NCBI GenBank assembly: GCA_964016885.1
Contig: OZ024743.1
Span: forward strand, 215,450,001 to 215,514,000
Reading direction: 5' to 3'
DNA length: 64,000 nucleotides
Origin: Eledone cirrhosa
Taxonomy: Eukaryota
In this document: piece after piece, positions 47,490 through 61,787 of the stretch
Layout of the letters: each line of letters opens with the position of its first letter
Numbering within the stretch: the first letter of the stretch is position 1
Notes under the pieces: generated by a model
The model's database searches: none
Told to the model about the DNA's origin: nothing
Seen by the model: the letters and a program-made list of their open reading frames with translations, nothing else
Program-made: the position numbers and the translations under genes

Positions 47490-48830
47490 TAAATACGAAA
47501 ATAAGGTTATGGGATCCCCCGGGCTCTGTGCCAAATCTGCAATATTTATTTCAGAGAAACAACTTAAGTAGAGATTAGAACATACAATAACAATGCAATT
47601 TAGTAACTGGATTGTTGGAACAATGACAGATACCAGAGGGGAACTGGCTGAAATCTCCAAGTGCAGATGTATTCAAATTGAATATCTCCAAGAAACAAAG
47701 TGAATTGGAAATAGATTATTGGAAATCGGAGATTGATTCTCACCTATTAGTGTGGTCAGAAGAAAAGAGAAAACATGCATCGCCTGCTCTGAGCCAATCT
47801 GAAATTTAGAAAGGAGATGGAAGTGAAGATACATTGGAAATCCAACATCCAATGATGGAAGCTGAAAGAACGTGAGTGTAGAACGAACTTCAAAAGACAT
47901 TTTCTAACCAATTCAGTGACCAACTAGAAGGCATAGAGGTGATACGGAATTATTTGAAGAAGACCAATCTGGAATCACCAGAAGAAGTTAGTGATAGAAC
48001 GAAACCTTGAAGAGAAAAAAAGAAAAGTACAAGGCGGTGATCAGAAGAAATACAGTCTAAGCTAAATGCCAAAACATAAACTTTCAAAATATGTCTGAAA
48101 GACAAAAAGATGTTGATTAATAACACGTTATAAAATTACAAAGAACACGGCAATGAGAGCAGTCGCAATGACGATATGGAATTCGAGTAAAGTGCTGTAT
48201 GTCAAACTCAATTCATGAGAAAGCGAACGCTTAATTCATAGAATAACAACACAAAGGTTACAACTAATAAAATCTATCAGATCAGTGAACGTGGTTGCGA
48301 CGGGGAGCAAAATATATTAACGCACCAAGACAAAACCAAACGAAGATGAAGAGAGTAATTTGAAACCTTGATAAATGTTGAGAACGAAATGGAAACTTTA
48401 AACAACCTGCTTCCAGTTGAAGGACAAAAAAAACAAATAGTCATCAAAGAGGTATAACTCGTAATCAAGACAAGGAAATGTGGGGAAGCGTTGTGAGATA
48501 AGTGTCGACATTTTCAAAGTTTGGGACGATGCTGGTAATAATATGGTATGCAGTTTTTAGAAGAAATACCTTTTGCTGAAAAGATGCTATCAGACCCCAT
48601 CTGCAAGTAGAAGAGTAACCCAGTTGAATTCTGTAAATATTGGAGAATAAAGCTGTTTGAACATTTTCTAAAAGTGCTGGAGGTTAGTGGGCAGATTGAG
48701 AAAACTAATAAATGTCATTCACATTGATATTAGTTTCGCAAGGGGAAACTCTATATCAGATGCCATATTTGTTGTATAAATGGGTCAAGAGAGGATTAGG
48801 GATAATGAAGATGTATATGATACGGTACAC
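47490..48830 (+). pseudogene. Highly decayed RTE-type LINE (APE and early RT traces)
   Basis: Frameshifted traces 'ELAEI...LQETK*', 'W.EYF..LIN' and 'YWRIKLFEHFLKVLE'. Confidence 0.5.
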
Positions 48831-48993
48831 ATGTAGTTAGTATATTGATGCATCAGGAAAAGAAATATCTCAGAGAGTTTTATAAAGGCCCACTTAATTT
48901 CTAATCATGTTTTAATGTAATCGTGTAATTTTGTAATTATTTTATTCGGGCCATTACATTTTATATATTTTACACACGGACACACATACAAAG

Positions 48994-49320
48994 GCATATG
49001 GATGAGTAGTTAGAGCATTAAATTCACAATCATAAGGTTGTAAGTTCAAATCCAGGACCGGGCTGTGCGTTGTGTTCATGAGCAAAACACTGTATTTAAC
49101 GTTATTCCTTTGTACTCAACTGCAGAAATGAGTTACGACGTCAGAGGAGTCAAGTCGCCTTGATCATTGGCTTTCACTTGGACCGCATCGGTGCAGTGAA
49201 GAGAGGAGACTGGTATCCACGGACTACTGCTGCTCTTCCAAAACATATATTCCCCAGGCTTGTGCTTGGGGTGGAATTGTCTATGTGTAAAACCATTTGT
49301 CATTTGTAACCGAAAGGAGA
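48994..49320 (+). mobile_element. tRNA-derived SINE (second family)
   Basis: 'tggatgagtagttagagc..aagttcaaatcc..gcgttgtgttcatgagcaaaacac'. Confidence 0.65.
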
Positions 49321-49322
49321 CT

Positions 49323-49411
<89 letters not shown>

Positions 49412-50902
49412 GGTGAATGTGAGAAAGAGGTGGAAAGAGAGGAATATAAATTATATGTAATTAAATTGCATTACATATACACCACTAATCTAACTAAACA
49501 TCACCTCCTCATTCCAAAAGCAGTATATTTATTCTGTCAGATTAGTTAACGTAACTAATGAGTTAATCATCATCACATTATTACTATAGATTTGTTTTTA
49601 AAATCATTTTCTTCTCATGCATTTGAAAGCTTTCTTTCCGTTTGAAAACCTTCTACTATTTCTATCATTTCATTTTTATAATCTAGACGATCTGCTACTC
49701 TTTGAATCATAATCGAACGTGTTTTATCATTATACAAGACACGAGTGTTGTTTCCAGTGCTATAAGGTTTGCTTGACTCTTTCATAAAAGAAGTGTGGAA
49801 AGCAAAGCTTGGTATCAGACTGAAACACAATGCATCCATTACAATCCAGATGTGAGGTGCCATTTCTAACTAAAAAAGACCCATATAAATATGTATAATT
49901 GTAAATCAGAGTTCGATTTTGACTTAGCACTTGCTGCCAAACATACATTAATCTATCAATCATACAGTTCACTAGAAATGAGAACACTATTCCGCATTTT
50001 TCCAACGTCTCCCAAGCATCTTAAATATATTTTTATTGTTGCATGAATAATTTTAAACAGAAGTATTCAAGAGAATAACAACAGTATTTTGGTTGACTAA
50101 AATCACATAATTATTTGCCAGCTTTACGTTGTCCTTAACTGATACTTTCATGTTTCATATTTCTCTATTCTGCAAAATTAACAGTTAATCAAACGTGCCT
50201 ACTTTCTTTGATGTATTTTCTTTCATGATGTTGATAGAACAATATTCCATCGTATATGCATGTGTGTGTCTCTCACAGTTTTACAGTGTAAGGACTGCGT
50301 TGATATGAAAGAAAGTAATTCATTTCTGACAATTCGTTTTAACTACTGCTAAGGTTTGGCAATACATTCTTCATTTTGAAAAAGTACTTCACATAGATCC
50401 TGTGATATTTTACCTTCGTTAAAATGTTTGCCTTCGAAATGTCAGGCAATTTTATATGAAGACGTTTTATAAAACATGTAACTACGCTACACGCCCAGTG
50501 GTTCATACATAACGTTGATTAAATACAGAAATATGCAAGAATATTGTATTTTGTATATCTATGTTTATTGTATTTTTAATTATACATTTTCGAAACAGAA
50601 ATATGAAAACTATCAACTCAATACAAACATATCGGTCTATAACTTATACGCAATTATTTTGTTACAATAATGCTCCGATTCACACATGGATGTTTCATTA
50701 TAATTTTCCACTCACATAACTTTTGTTAGCTTCATAGCAATTTCTAAAATATTTTTACTTCACAAATAGATATTACTTCCACCTAAGATAATTAAATTCA
50801 GAAGGTCTGAATGCATATATTACAGCAAAATTCCGCATTTCCTTCAGTTATAATTTGACTCTATTGATGTATCTATGCATGTAAATACACAAACACACAC
50901 AT

Positions 50903-50990
<88 letters not shown>

Positions 50991-52012
50991 TATATATTTA
51001 TTTGAACAGGAAGTAAGTTTATATACAAAACAGGGGTTATAGAGATAAAGTGGAATTGGAAATAGCACGAAAAGTATAATTAAGGATCTGTTTTCGTTTT
51101 TTTCTTCTTCGATTCGTCAAAATTACGTTGTTGAAAAAATGAGAGGAACAATTGTTTTTTTTAAAAAGGAGTTTTATAACGTATATAGAATATATAAAAT
51201 ATAACCGCTTTCGTTGTATCTGTGTAAACCATCTTATAAAATGTTGAATATTACTTATAATTTGCTCCTTTTTTTACTTTCCCACCAAAAAAGACCTGTG
51301 ACAAGCAAAATAAAATACAACGAGAGAGAGAGAAAGAGATTCACACACACACAGACACACACACACGTGCGTGTTTATGTACACACTCGCATATACACAC
51401 TCATTCTCACTAAAACCATATTCCCAAAATAGAATTACTTTTGACAATCCCATTTGCCTCTCTCATTTATCTCAAACCCCTATAGCAATTGTCTCTAGCT
51501 TACATTTCCTCCCCTCTGAACTCTTGTCCAATCTTTAACACAATTGAGTATATTAAACAAAATAATTTTGTTCTGTGAAAAGACACAAGTACCAACATTA
51601 CTTCTACTGCTACTGCCATGACAAACTCTCTCTATAAATATAAGGTTCCGTTGTAGACCCAGTCTTCGCAAAAAGAAAGATGAACAGGCCTTTTCAACAC
51701 TCAACTTTAAAGATTTTGATTTGTAATTTTTAAAAATTCTTTTTAATTGTAATATTCATCATGTGATAAGCTGGTTTACACTGATACATCGAAACGGGTT
51801 ATATTTTATATATTTTATATACATTATGAAACTCCATTTTGTAAAAAGAAATGTTCCTCTCATGTTTTCAAAAATGTCTCTCTTACGAATCAAAGAAGAT
51901 AAAAAGAAAAACAGATCCTTAAATATATTTTCCGCACTATTTACAATTCCTCTCCCTCTCTCTCTCTATATATATATCTATATTTCTCTATCTCTATCTA
52001 TCTATCTATCTG

Positions 52013-52057
<45 letters not shown>

Positions 52058-52060
52058 ATA

Positions 52061-52091
<31 letters not shown>

Positions 52092-52107
52092 ATCTCTAAC
52101 TCTCTCT

Positions 52108-52154
<47 letters not shown>

Positions 52155-52256
52155 TATCCAGGGGGTGTAACTAGGAGTTACGGCAGGTTCACCCGGGAGA
52201 GCAATATATATAAATATATATATATATATGAGGATAATAAAATAATACTTCCATAG

Positions 52257-53612
52257 GTAGACAGTACAGCCCGGATGCAACATCTGGGAATAGGAGTAGC
52301 AATATACATTACCGCAAGGACGCAAGACTGGCAATAACACAGACGAAGGCACACGCGGATAGCAGACCACGCAGTACATGCAGACGGAATCCCGGCACGG
52401 ATACAATACGCGACGTGGACACTAGAACTAGAGACAGGGTAAAGAGAGATACGGACGTGAAACCAGGTAGAAGAAACACCCGCATCAGTAGCAATAAAAT
52501 AGCCCCGACAACGGCACCAGATAGCATTAACAGGACTATCAGTAGAGCCGACAATATAGATCGGAATACTTCAGTAAGCGAACGGCGAAACCCCGACACA
52601 CACGGTAGATATATAGATAGAGGTAAGATAGGGGACGAACTAATGGGCAGACACAACCCGAGACGAACACCTGACCCTACACACATAACCACTACTACAC
52701 ACAGACGACGAAATAGGGAAAGGTCTAAGACCATTACACGGTTTAACGCGTCGTATTCGAAGCATGTACGCAGCAATGTGCCAGGCCTCTTCTTCCAAGC
52801 GTTAGACGAGTGCCCCCAGCCATCGAGCAGGTACCACAGGATATTCAACCACCACACGGGGAGGTTCTCCTTCTCCACCGCACCTAACATGGGAGACTAC
52901 ATGGCCAAAACCAACGCGGTGAATTTGGGGAAACTCGACCGTCAACAGCGGCGGGCGACTGACGATAACGCGGTGCACAGAGGGCCCCACGCAGACAGAG
53001 TCTCCAACTATACTCCAATCCTGCAGCGGCCGCCATGCCCGCGGAAGACGGTGTAATCGATGCCGGGCGGAACTGAGTTGTTTAGGGGAACCACCGCACC
53101 GACAGAACAGCATCCAGAGAATCGGGGGAGTGCCTTGGTAGACCAAGGGCCCAGCGTTGGAAATGAGCAACAATTGCAACTGCAGAGCGGGCACACAATG
53201 CCCCCTGCAGAATATATGCCTAACGAAGGGCCTAGTATACAAATGTGTGGTTAACACGCACAACACCAAGCGCACCTACATCGGCAGAACATCCACGACC
53301 TTTAAATCGAGGATATATAATCATACAAACACTTTCAAGAACAGGGGCAAGAGATACTCCACTAGGCTGGCGGACCTAATATGGGACTTGAAAGACAACG
53401 GCACCCCGTATGATCTCAACTGGGGTATCGTCCAACATGCAAATTCATATTCGGCTGGAAACAGTAAGTGTAGACTATGCCTATCCGAGGCCATGGAGAT
53501 AGTCAGATTGAAGAAAAATGCGGTAAACCTGAAATGGGAGATTATTATGATGTGCAAACATCAGAGAAGGTGCACATTCTCTGCATTGACGCAACCGGAC
53601 AGCCCAAGCTAA
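52257..53612 (+). pseudogene. PLE 3' ORF remnant (fourth family, GC-richer)
   Basis: RFNASYS..RIFNHHT..FSFSTAPN, NNCNCRAGTQCPLQNIC, LVY..TYIGRT..FKSRIYNH, CRLCLSE. Confidence 0.88.
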
Positions 53613-54713
53613 AAGCATGCGGGGAAGCGGACGCCGGTCCGAGTGGCGGCGCGGGTCCAAGGAATCAGACACCATACCTGGTTGACTCTGTAAGCTCCGT
53701 AGGGTAAGGCGGCGCAACCTATGCTGCCTATCGGACTCGGCACGTCATCCTAGGCAACAACATCGCATGAGGCGACACACGGTGGCTCAGCCTCCACGGA
53801 TATTCAGTCCCGTACAATACATCAATAAGGCTCTCTATCTCATCCACAGTGACTTGCTCATTTATGGCCTTTTCACGCACTAACTTCATGTGTATCTTTT
53901 CAGTGGTATGTGCATATTCACCACGCACTCCATTACGTAACACCCCATCTATTTTTCCATGTACAAACCAATGTATAATTTGTATACTTTTCTTATATAA
54001 TTCAGATGTATTGTTTTTTTAAATATATCCTGCATACATTTGTTTAATATATCCTGCATGTATTTACTATATACGGTCTGGACATACCCTTTACATTAAT
54101 ACCATGACCTCCCCATATGTAGCCTTGCTTGATGTGTCTATACGCGGATTTATCCACGTTGGTAGCATAATATCAAATCTATCTGCATGTACAACCCAAT
54201 GTGCATATGTGTGTACGTAAATGTATGTATGTGTATAAATATATCCTGTGAGTGTATGTGTATGTATATGTACAGATGCGTACGTGTGTGTGTGTGTGTG
54301 CATGTTTATATACGTGTGCAGGTAATGTGTGTGTGTCTGTGTATATGCGTGCGTATAGAAACGAGCGTGTGTGCGTGTGTGCCTCTCTGTGTGCATGTAT
54401 GCGTATATTTGTGTGACTATTTCTGTGTGTGAACGTAAGCACACAAGCTACTATGTATGTATCTGTGTGTGTGTGTGTGTATGTGCGGGTGGGAGTGTGA
54501 GCTGACAAACAGCAGTAATTTTGCCGACGGGGCAGTGGATGAGTGACAGCTCATGCCCTGACGGTCAGCGGGCTGCTACAAGTGATCACATTAATGATGA
54601 CGTCACGAATCAGTGGCCAACCCAAAGATGCGCAAAGCGAATGAATGTGGACGATATAGGCTTGTAGGGCCAGAAAACCCCAGAAAGAGGATATGATCCG
54701 AAATCAATAGACA

Positions 54714-54799
54714 TGTCTGAGGAACCTGCGAGTCTAGAGTCAGGTCGATCCACACACAGATCGTACCTCGAGCTGTTCGGCGGGGAAACAATTGTAACA
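54714..54799 (+). ncRNA. Canonical-core HHR within a cluster of HHR-like motifs (54678-54914)
   Basis: tgt-CTGAGGA-a cctgc...gcggg-GAAA-caattg-TA-aca. Confidence 0.7.
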
Positions 54800-54918
54800 C
54801 ACAATAAATTGAGTTCCGATGCATCACTGGTTTTTCGTTTTCCATTCTATAATAATCTGCTCTGTAGGAGCATAGAATGCTCAACCGGCATACCGCCTAT
54901 GGAAGTATCTTAGCTACC

Positions 54919-54955
<37 letters not shown>

Positions 54956-54990
54956 CCACACACACACACACACACAACCACACACACAAC

Positions 54991-55058
<68 letters not shown>

Positions 55059-56230
55059 TGAGGCCATATACATTTGGTTTTGGTGTATAAATATACGTAA
55101 TGAAATACATCCATTTGGTTGTTTCGAAATAAATGTATCCTATCTAAATATATATGATAGTGACCTTTCTTAATTGCAGTGGAACATTCTGATAAGTATT
55201 TTAAATGTTACCTTCATTTAGTGGAGCCGATGAAATTTTAATCAAAACGAATGCTTAGACCACACATAAATATAACAGTTATTGCTTCTATTTTCATCGT
55301 CCATGTTATTCAGTGTTGCAGTGTAATAAGTTATGATTCCTGATATTTGTGATGTTGTCCATAACAAGAGAGATGATATCATCTATATATTTTCAATTTG
55401 ATCATGAATATACTTTTTTTCAGATTCATTGCTCAGATAATGACAGGCATGATGTCTTTTTGCGACGGCTACCGGCTGTGAAATAGATCTATAATTTTGT
55501 TCAAATTCAATTTCATCGTTAGGGAAAGATACCGGTCCGGATCGCGGGATGGATAAACTATAAATTTGCCGTTTGTCCCGGGTCTCAGTTGTTGTGAACA
55601 AAAAATATCAGATGCAATGGGAGGTGGTGGCTTGCGGCACGATCGCAAAATCACCTGAATTGGATGGTTATTGAAACTGTTGTAAAGGAATGCGTACTAA
55701 TTAATACTGCTCTGAATTTAAGAGGACTGTATAAAATTGCCAGCCCGTACAACATAAGATAAATATATCTGCTGTTATGACGTATGCCTAATAAAATGAA
55801 GAAATAAGAAAGACAGAAAGATATATTGGAGGGAGAGAAGTAGGATGCGTCCGTTCGACACCAAACTAGAAAGGACAAGACGTGTCACAGAGAAGGGGGC
55901 AGCAAACGAAAGTGACACGCCAGAGTGATGGGGATGAGAAGGGTGAAACTAGATTCTGGTTTAGGAGCTGAAGACGTCAGATGATGTTTGAGTGATCTTC
56001 TCTTGTTCATTTTCATTGTTTTCTCCATTTTCTTCCTTTGCTCATCTCTTATCACTTCTGCGAGGCAACAAACTTCTTGTCGTTGATTCCTGTCTTTTGA
56101 GGTAAACTTTTATCTAACGCGGTCATAGACAGCATTTTGCAGTTTTGGCAGCCGTCCCTTCATTGAGTTGTTCTCATTATTATATAAATTCTAATGCACT
56201 TTTGCCTCAACTCAATCTCCGAGAAGACTT

Positions 56231-56942
<712 letters not shown>

Positions 56943-57050
56943 AAGTTAAACAAAAATCTTGATAAGAGGATTATGAGCTAGGCCAACTAAAATAGACAAA
57001 TAACTTATATATAAACATATATACATACATACTTATATATATATATATTT

Positions 57051-59527
57051 TAGCAGAAGTACCCGGCGTTGCCCGGGTGTAAGTCGACCTTTGGTCTGTT
57101 AGAATGTGTGAAAGTTACTTCCCGCGCATCACAGGTTCAAAACTTCGAACTTCAATGGAAAAATATAGGTTAGTAGACACAGGTGTGTAATGTATTAATT
57201 GTAGTTACACAGTGTATCGTTGAAATTGTTCTCTGCACGACTGACGGAAGTCAAAATCGCTTGATATTGAATGTTCAGTTAACTTGAAGCAGGGTGAAAA
57301 TGTCGATTAGTTTCATGGTTTTTTTTTTTACAATTTTTGCGCTTACATGTGCAGAAGAAGAATTAAAAGGGCATTTATCTTAACCGCGGCATAATGGCGA
57401 GTCTTTTATGACAGTTTTCAAGAATATAGGACGTTCCTGTAAAAAGTTTTCCCATGTGTAACTTTGCCTTCTTTTATTGCGCAAAGTCGAGCACCGCTTC
57501 AGTTTTATTGATTTTTGACATCAATGCGTGATCTCTGAAGTAGATTTGAGTAGCTAAAAACCTGTCCCGGTAAATTTGCTATAGGTGAAAAAAAGTTGAT
57601 CAAAATTGTATCTAGGGTTATTGCCCTTTGCCACAGCCTCAAGCCTCGTCTGACGGGATGTTGGTGATTCCTCCGTCAGCGCTTGTTAACGACGAAGGCG
57701 AACATCAGCAAGCCTTGTCGTACGTGATGTTGGTGACTCAACCAGCCGGGAAAGACGTCTATCAGCGAGTCGAGATTCACGCTCAGCAGCTGTTTCCTAG
57801 AGAAAATTAATTAATTCTACTGGTTAGCTAAGCCAATGGCAGTGTCAATAGTAAATGAGAAAAGTCTAACATGAACAAAAGGGAATCAAGGTAAGACAAT
57901 AAATTTAATATAACTACGATTAGAATGTTGTAGTTGCTTAAAAGTGGTGACAGTTAGGATAAACGCAGTACTTGCTAACATTAAGGGAGAATATTGCATA
58001 AAGGATTAATCAATTGTGAATAAACTCATACCTGAGAACGCCTAATTCGTTGTCTCAAAGCAATAGCTGTACCTTTTTTGGAGGTAAGTCTTGAACGTTT
58101 CCGTGTGGGCATAACGACGTGTAACGAAGCTGTTAGGTTAGAGAGAGGTGATTAAATAGAGAGAGAGATGACACCAGATTCGTTAGCATGGTTACTGGTG
58201 AATGGGAAGGTTTGGAAGTATGATTACAATAACTTACCGAATTTTCCGGTCTATAAATTGCACTTAAAATAATTAAATTTAATCAAAAAACAGCTCTGCG
58301 CTTTATACTCCGGTGAGCCTTATGTATAAATAATACAATGGTAATCAATCACGGCTCTAACAGAATTACTAGATCTAGACTAAAAGTAAAGAAGATAGCA
58401 TTTTCTGGCTGGCCTTACACGCCGTTGCGCGGACCTGATTTTAAATGATACGCCTTATATGCTGGTGAGCCTTATAGAGCGGAAAATATCTATTGGAAAA
58501 GAATACGAATTCATGACCAAGGTGTGACAAAATAGGCGTCTATACAGCGCTTGAAACAAACTTGTCCAAAACCCTAGGATTTTTCTCGTTAAGTATCCAC
58601 CCAAAAGGAACCGTTTTTAGTTACAAAAAATAACCACAGTGTATAGTAGCTATATTTCTGACATATGCCAAAAAGAACAATATATTCAAAAAATGTTCTA
58701 AAGTACATTCAATCACTCTTTTTGACCGATATCTTAATAAGCAAGTTATCGATTTTTTATTGGCTGTCAGTGTCTATCTGCATGCAGGTGTGCACGTGTG
58801 CGCAATTAATTGCAAATACGCTCATAACATTTAGTCGTAAGCAGAACAAAAACTGCCATTAGAGGTGGGCTAATAATGAAGACACAAACCCTGGTGAACT
58901 TACGTTTAAACACCCGACAAGTTACTCACTTCCTGTGCAAAAGACTTTATTATAAATTAAGTAATTTTTTAGAATCTTTTGTTTAAAAAAGGAAAACATT
59001 GGTACGACGTAATTTTTTTTACTTGCATTGTATGTGTACAACACAACTTTTTTTTCAAAAAGCATGATTATTTAAGACTGTTTGAACATTTACTCACAGC
59101 TTTTAGGTTCACAAAAGACACCAATAAATTTGGTTCCCTTTTCAGATAGGGCTAATACTGTATTTCCAATTGAATAGGTGGAATATGAAAAGAGAAACTC
59201 TTTAATGGTCGGTCGTTTACTGAGACAGCTGGGAAGACATGCAACTCGCCCTCCAATCAATAACGCACGTCCTTATATGGGCATATGAAATTTATTTTTA
59301 TTGCGCCAGATGTAAACTAAGAGTTCTTGTGTTCGAATTCACATGAAATTTCATTGGAATCGAAAAATATTCTGTCATAGGGCCCGATTATCGATTTTTC
59401 GAAAATTTCAAGTAGCCTATTCCACTCTACACGTTGAGTTTTATATATGTGTGAGGTTTCATGAAAATTGGATGAACGGTGTAGCCTGCAAGTTCGGTGC
59501 ACTAAACAATGTCCATCTTCCCTTTAT
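57051..59527 (+). mobile_element. Probable non-autonomous Helitron/Helentron-like DNA element
   Basis: Left end 'tagcagaagtacccggcgttgcccggg' (hairpin). Right subterminal 'tgtgtgaggtttcatgaaaattggatgaacggtgtag...catcttccctttatata'. This resembles HINE/DINE-type termini from memory only. Confidence 0.5.
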
Positions 59528-59602
59528 ATATATATATATATATATGTGTGTGTTTGTATGTGTATGTGTGTGTGTGTGTGTGCGTGCGTGCGTGTTAAAT
59601 GT

Positions 59603-59636
<34 letters not shown>

Positions 59637-59641
<5 letters not shown>

Positions 59642-59819
59642 GTTTCTACTTTAGGCACAAGGCCAGCAATTAACCAGTGAATTACTGGTACTTTATTGTA
59701 TCTACCCCGTAAGGATGAAAGGCAAAGTCAACCTCGGCGGAAACTGAACTCAGATCGTAAAGGGACGTAACTATGCTGGAAAGCATGGCGTCCGACCCTC
59801 TACCGATACTGCCAATCCA
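59637..59819 (-). mobile_element. tRNA-derived SINE (Deu/Nin-like)
   Basis: Reverse complement of the 6545 and 45455 SINE. Confidence 0.85.
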
Positions 59820-59939
59820 TAAATATATCATCTGTAGCCATTAATGTTAACACATATTTCTATAAGGTATTATATATATATTTATATAATACCTTATAGA
59901 AATATCTGTTCACATTAATGGCTACAGATGATATATTTA
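59820..59939. repeat. ~120-bp imperfect palindrome centred on TA
   Basis: 'aaatatatcatctgtagccattaatg...cattaatggctacagatgatatattt'. Confidence 0.8.
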
Positions 59940-60795
59940 CACTACGTAGCCCCTTTATTAGTTTACGAGACACTAATCAATTTAGTGTTATCATATGCAG
60001 CATCACGAGAAAAGTAAATCTAATAATATATATTCGGTGATTGGAAAACATTTTTTCAATGACTAATATTCATTTTAATTTTCTTTAGTTCATTACGAGC
60101 AACAATACGGGACGAGGTTGGTCCCACTAGACCTTTGTAGTCAATAATAGATTTGTCCATACTTAGCAAATTGTAGAAACGATAGTCTGATCTAGTTCTT
60201 GATTAGGTACTTTAGTTAATTTACGCAAATAACATACAAAGGTGTGAAAGGAGAATAATTCTGTTTTTGTATTCGTATAAACTATTGGATTCCAATAGAA
60301 ATGTTTCATTGTTTGTGATAATCAAACGTACTTAGATAAAACATTTTTATGAACGAAACTATGAGGAAGAGAGCAATGATTTAAAAATAAAGTTTTCTCA
60401 TTTCTGCAAAGAAGGCTGAACTGAACTAATTACATGACCATGTCAGCAAACGTGATACAGAAAATAGATCGATATATTCTGCCGTGGTAAATGTTATAGG
60501 AAAACAGACGAGATAATACTGTTAATTTCGATATTCTGTTTTAAATAATAAACACCACGCAGAGTGCTATGAGGTGTTACTATAGCAACACCACGCATGC
60601 GCATACACTTAGGGAAGAGAACTCTGAATACACTGATTCGTCTTCGACTGTTTCACATTCGCATTTGAAAGGAGGTGGATAGCCTTAATATATCATGCTA
60701 AAATAAACTGGGTAAAACATTGTTTTGCTGCATTTGGAACATTTGTCCATCGTATTTTTCTACCGCACTCTACCGGCTTTAAAAAAAGTTGGGTC

Positions 60796-60871
<76 letters not shown>

Positions 60872-60973
60872 TATACATATAAATGCATTAATATCACTGA
60901 TATTAATGCATGCAAGATTTTCAGCCGACCCTCGTGTGTATGTATATATATGTATATACATATATATGTATGC

Positions 60974-61005
<32 letters not shown>

Positions 61006-61787
61006 GTGTGTGTGTGTCTGTGTATGTGTGTGTGTATGTGAGTATGTGTGCGCGTGTGTGTATGCGTGTGTTGCTGCCTTTTTTGTACCATCGTACATGT
61101 TAGCGTATATGCTTAACTTTATAGCTATAAGAATAACAGTCCCTATAGTTGTAAATATCTTCGTTAATAGCAATAATATAATCAATCTCATGATTGAAAC
61201 GCATATTCTACTACTATGGAGACTATGGAGATAGAAAGTAACCAAAACTACATGTATAATTATATAACAGCACACCTATTTGTTATATAGTTCCATGAAT
61301 CCAAACATGGATTTTCTATTACGCTTCTTTCAAGATTATTGAATTAGCAACTAAAACCGCTTTATCACAAACAAATCCTAAAGGCTTGCGGAAGCACACT
61401 TTCGGTCAAAATACGAATATTATGGTAGTAAATATCTTTTATGCATATTTGCATGCACTTACCACACAAATCTCGTTAAATTGTTGGTTAGCTATCAGGA
61501 TATGGAAAAGAAAGTAATGAATCGTATTTTGACACTGAAGTGGTGTCATTTAAGAAAACAGTGACACATGTAGTTATTCCCGATATTCTGTTAAATATTT
61601 GTCATTCATACAATTTATATGTAGCGTGTACCCACACCCACGCTCAAACAATTATATATATTTATACAATGCGATGAAATACCAATGATGGTTGGCAAAT
61701 CACTGATGAGGGACTAATTGTATAATATGTAATCCATGTGCAACCATGCAGTATTCTTCTCCCCATGTTTTTCATATATATATATAT

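Noticed and set aside
55383-55878. Possible host-gene exon on the - strand
   Set aside because: Short ORFs in conflicting frames, no recognisable domain and no convincing exon boundaries. It cannot be excluded without RNA data.
61670-61750. CTGATGA at ~61704 as a hammerhead
   Set aside because: No correctly placed GAAA..UH downstream; at best a decayed remnant.
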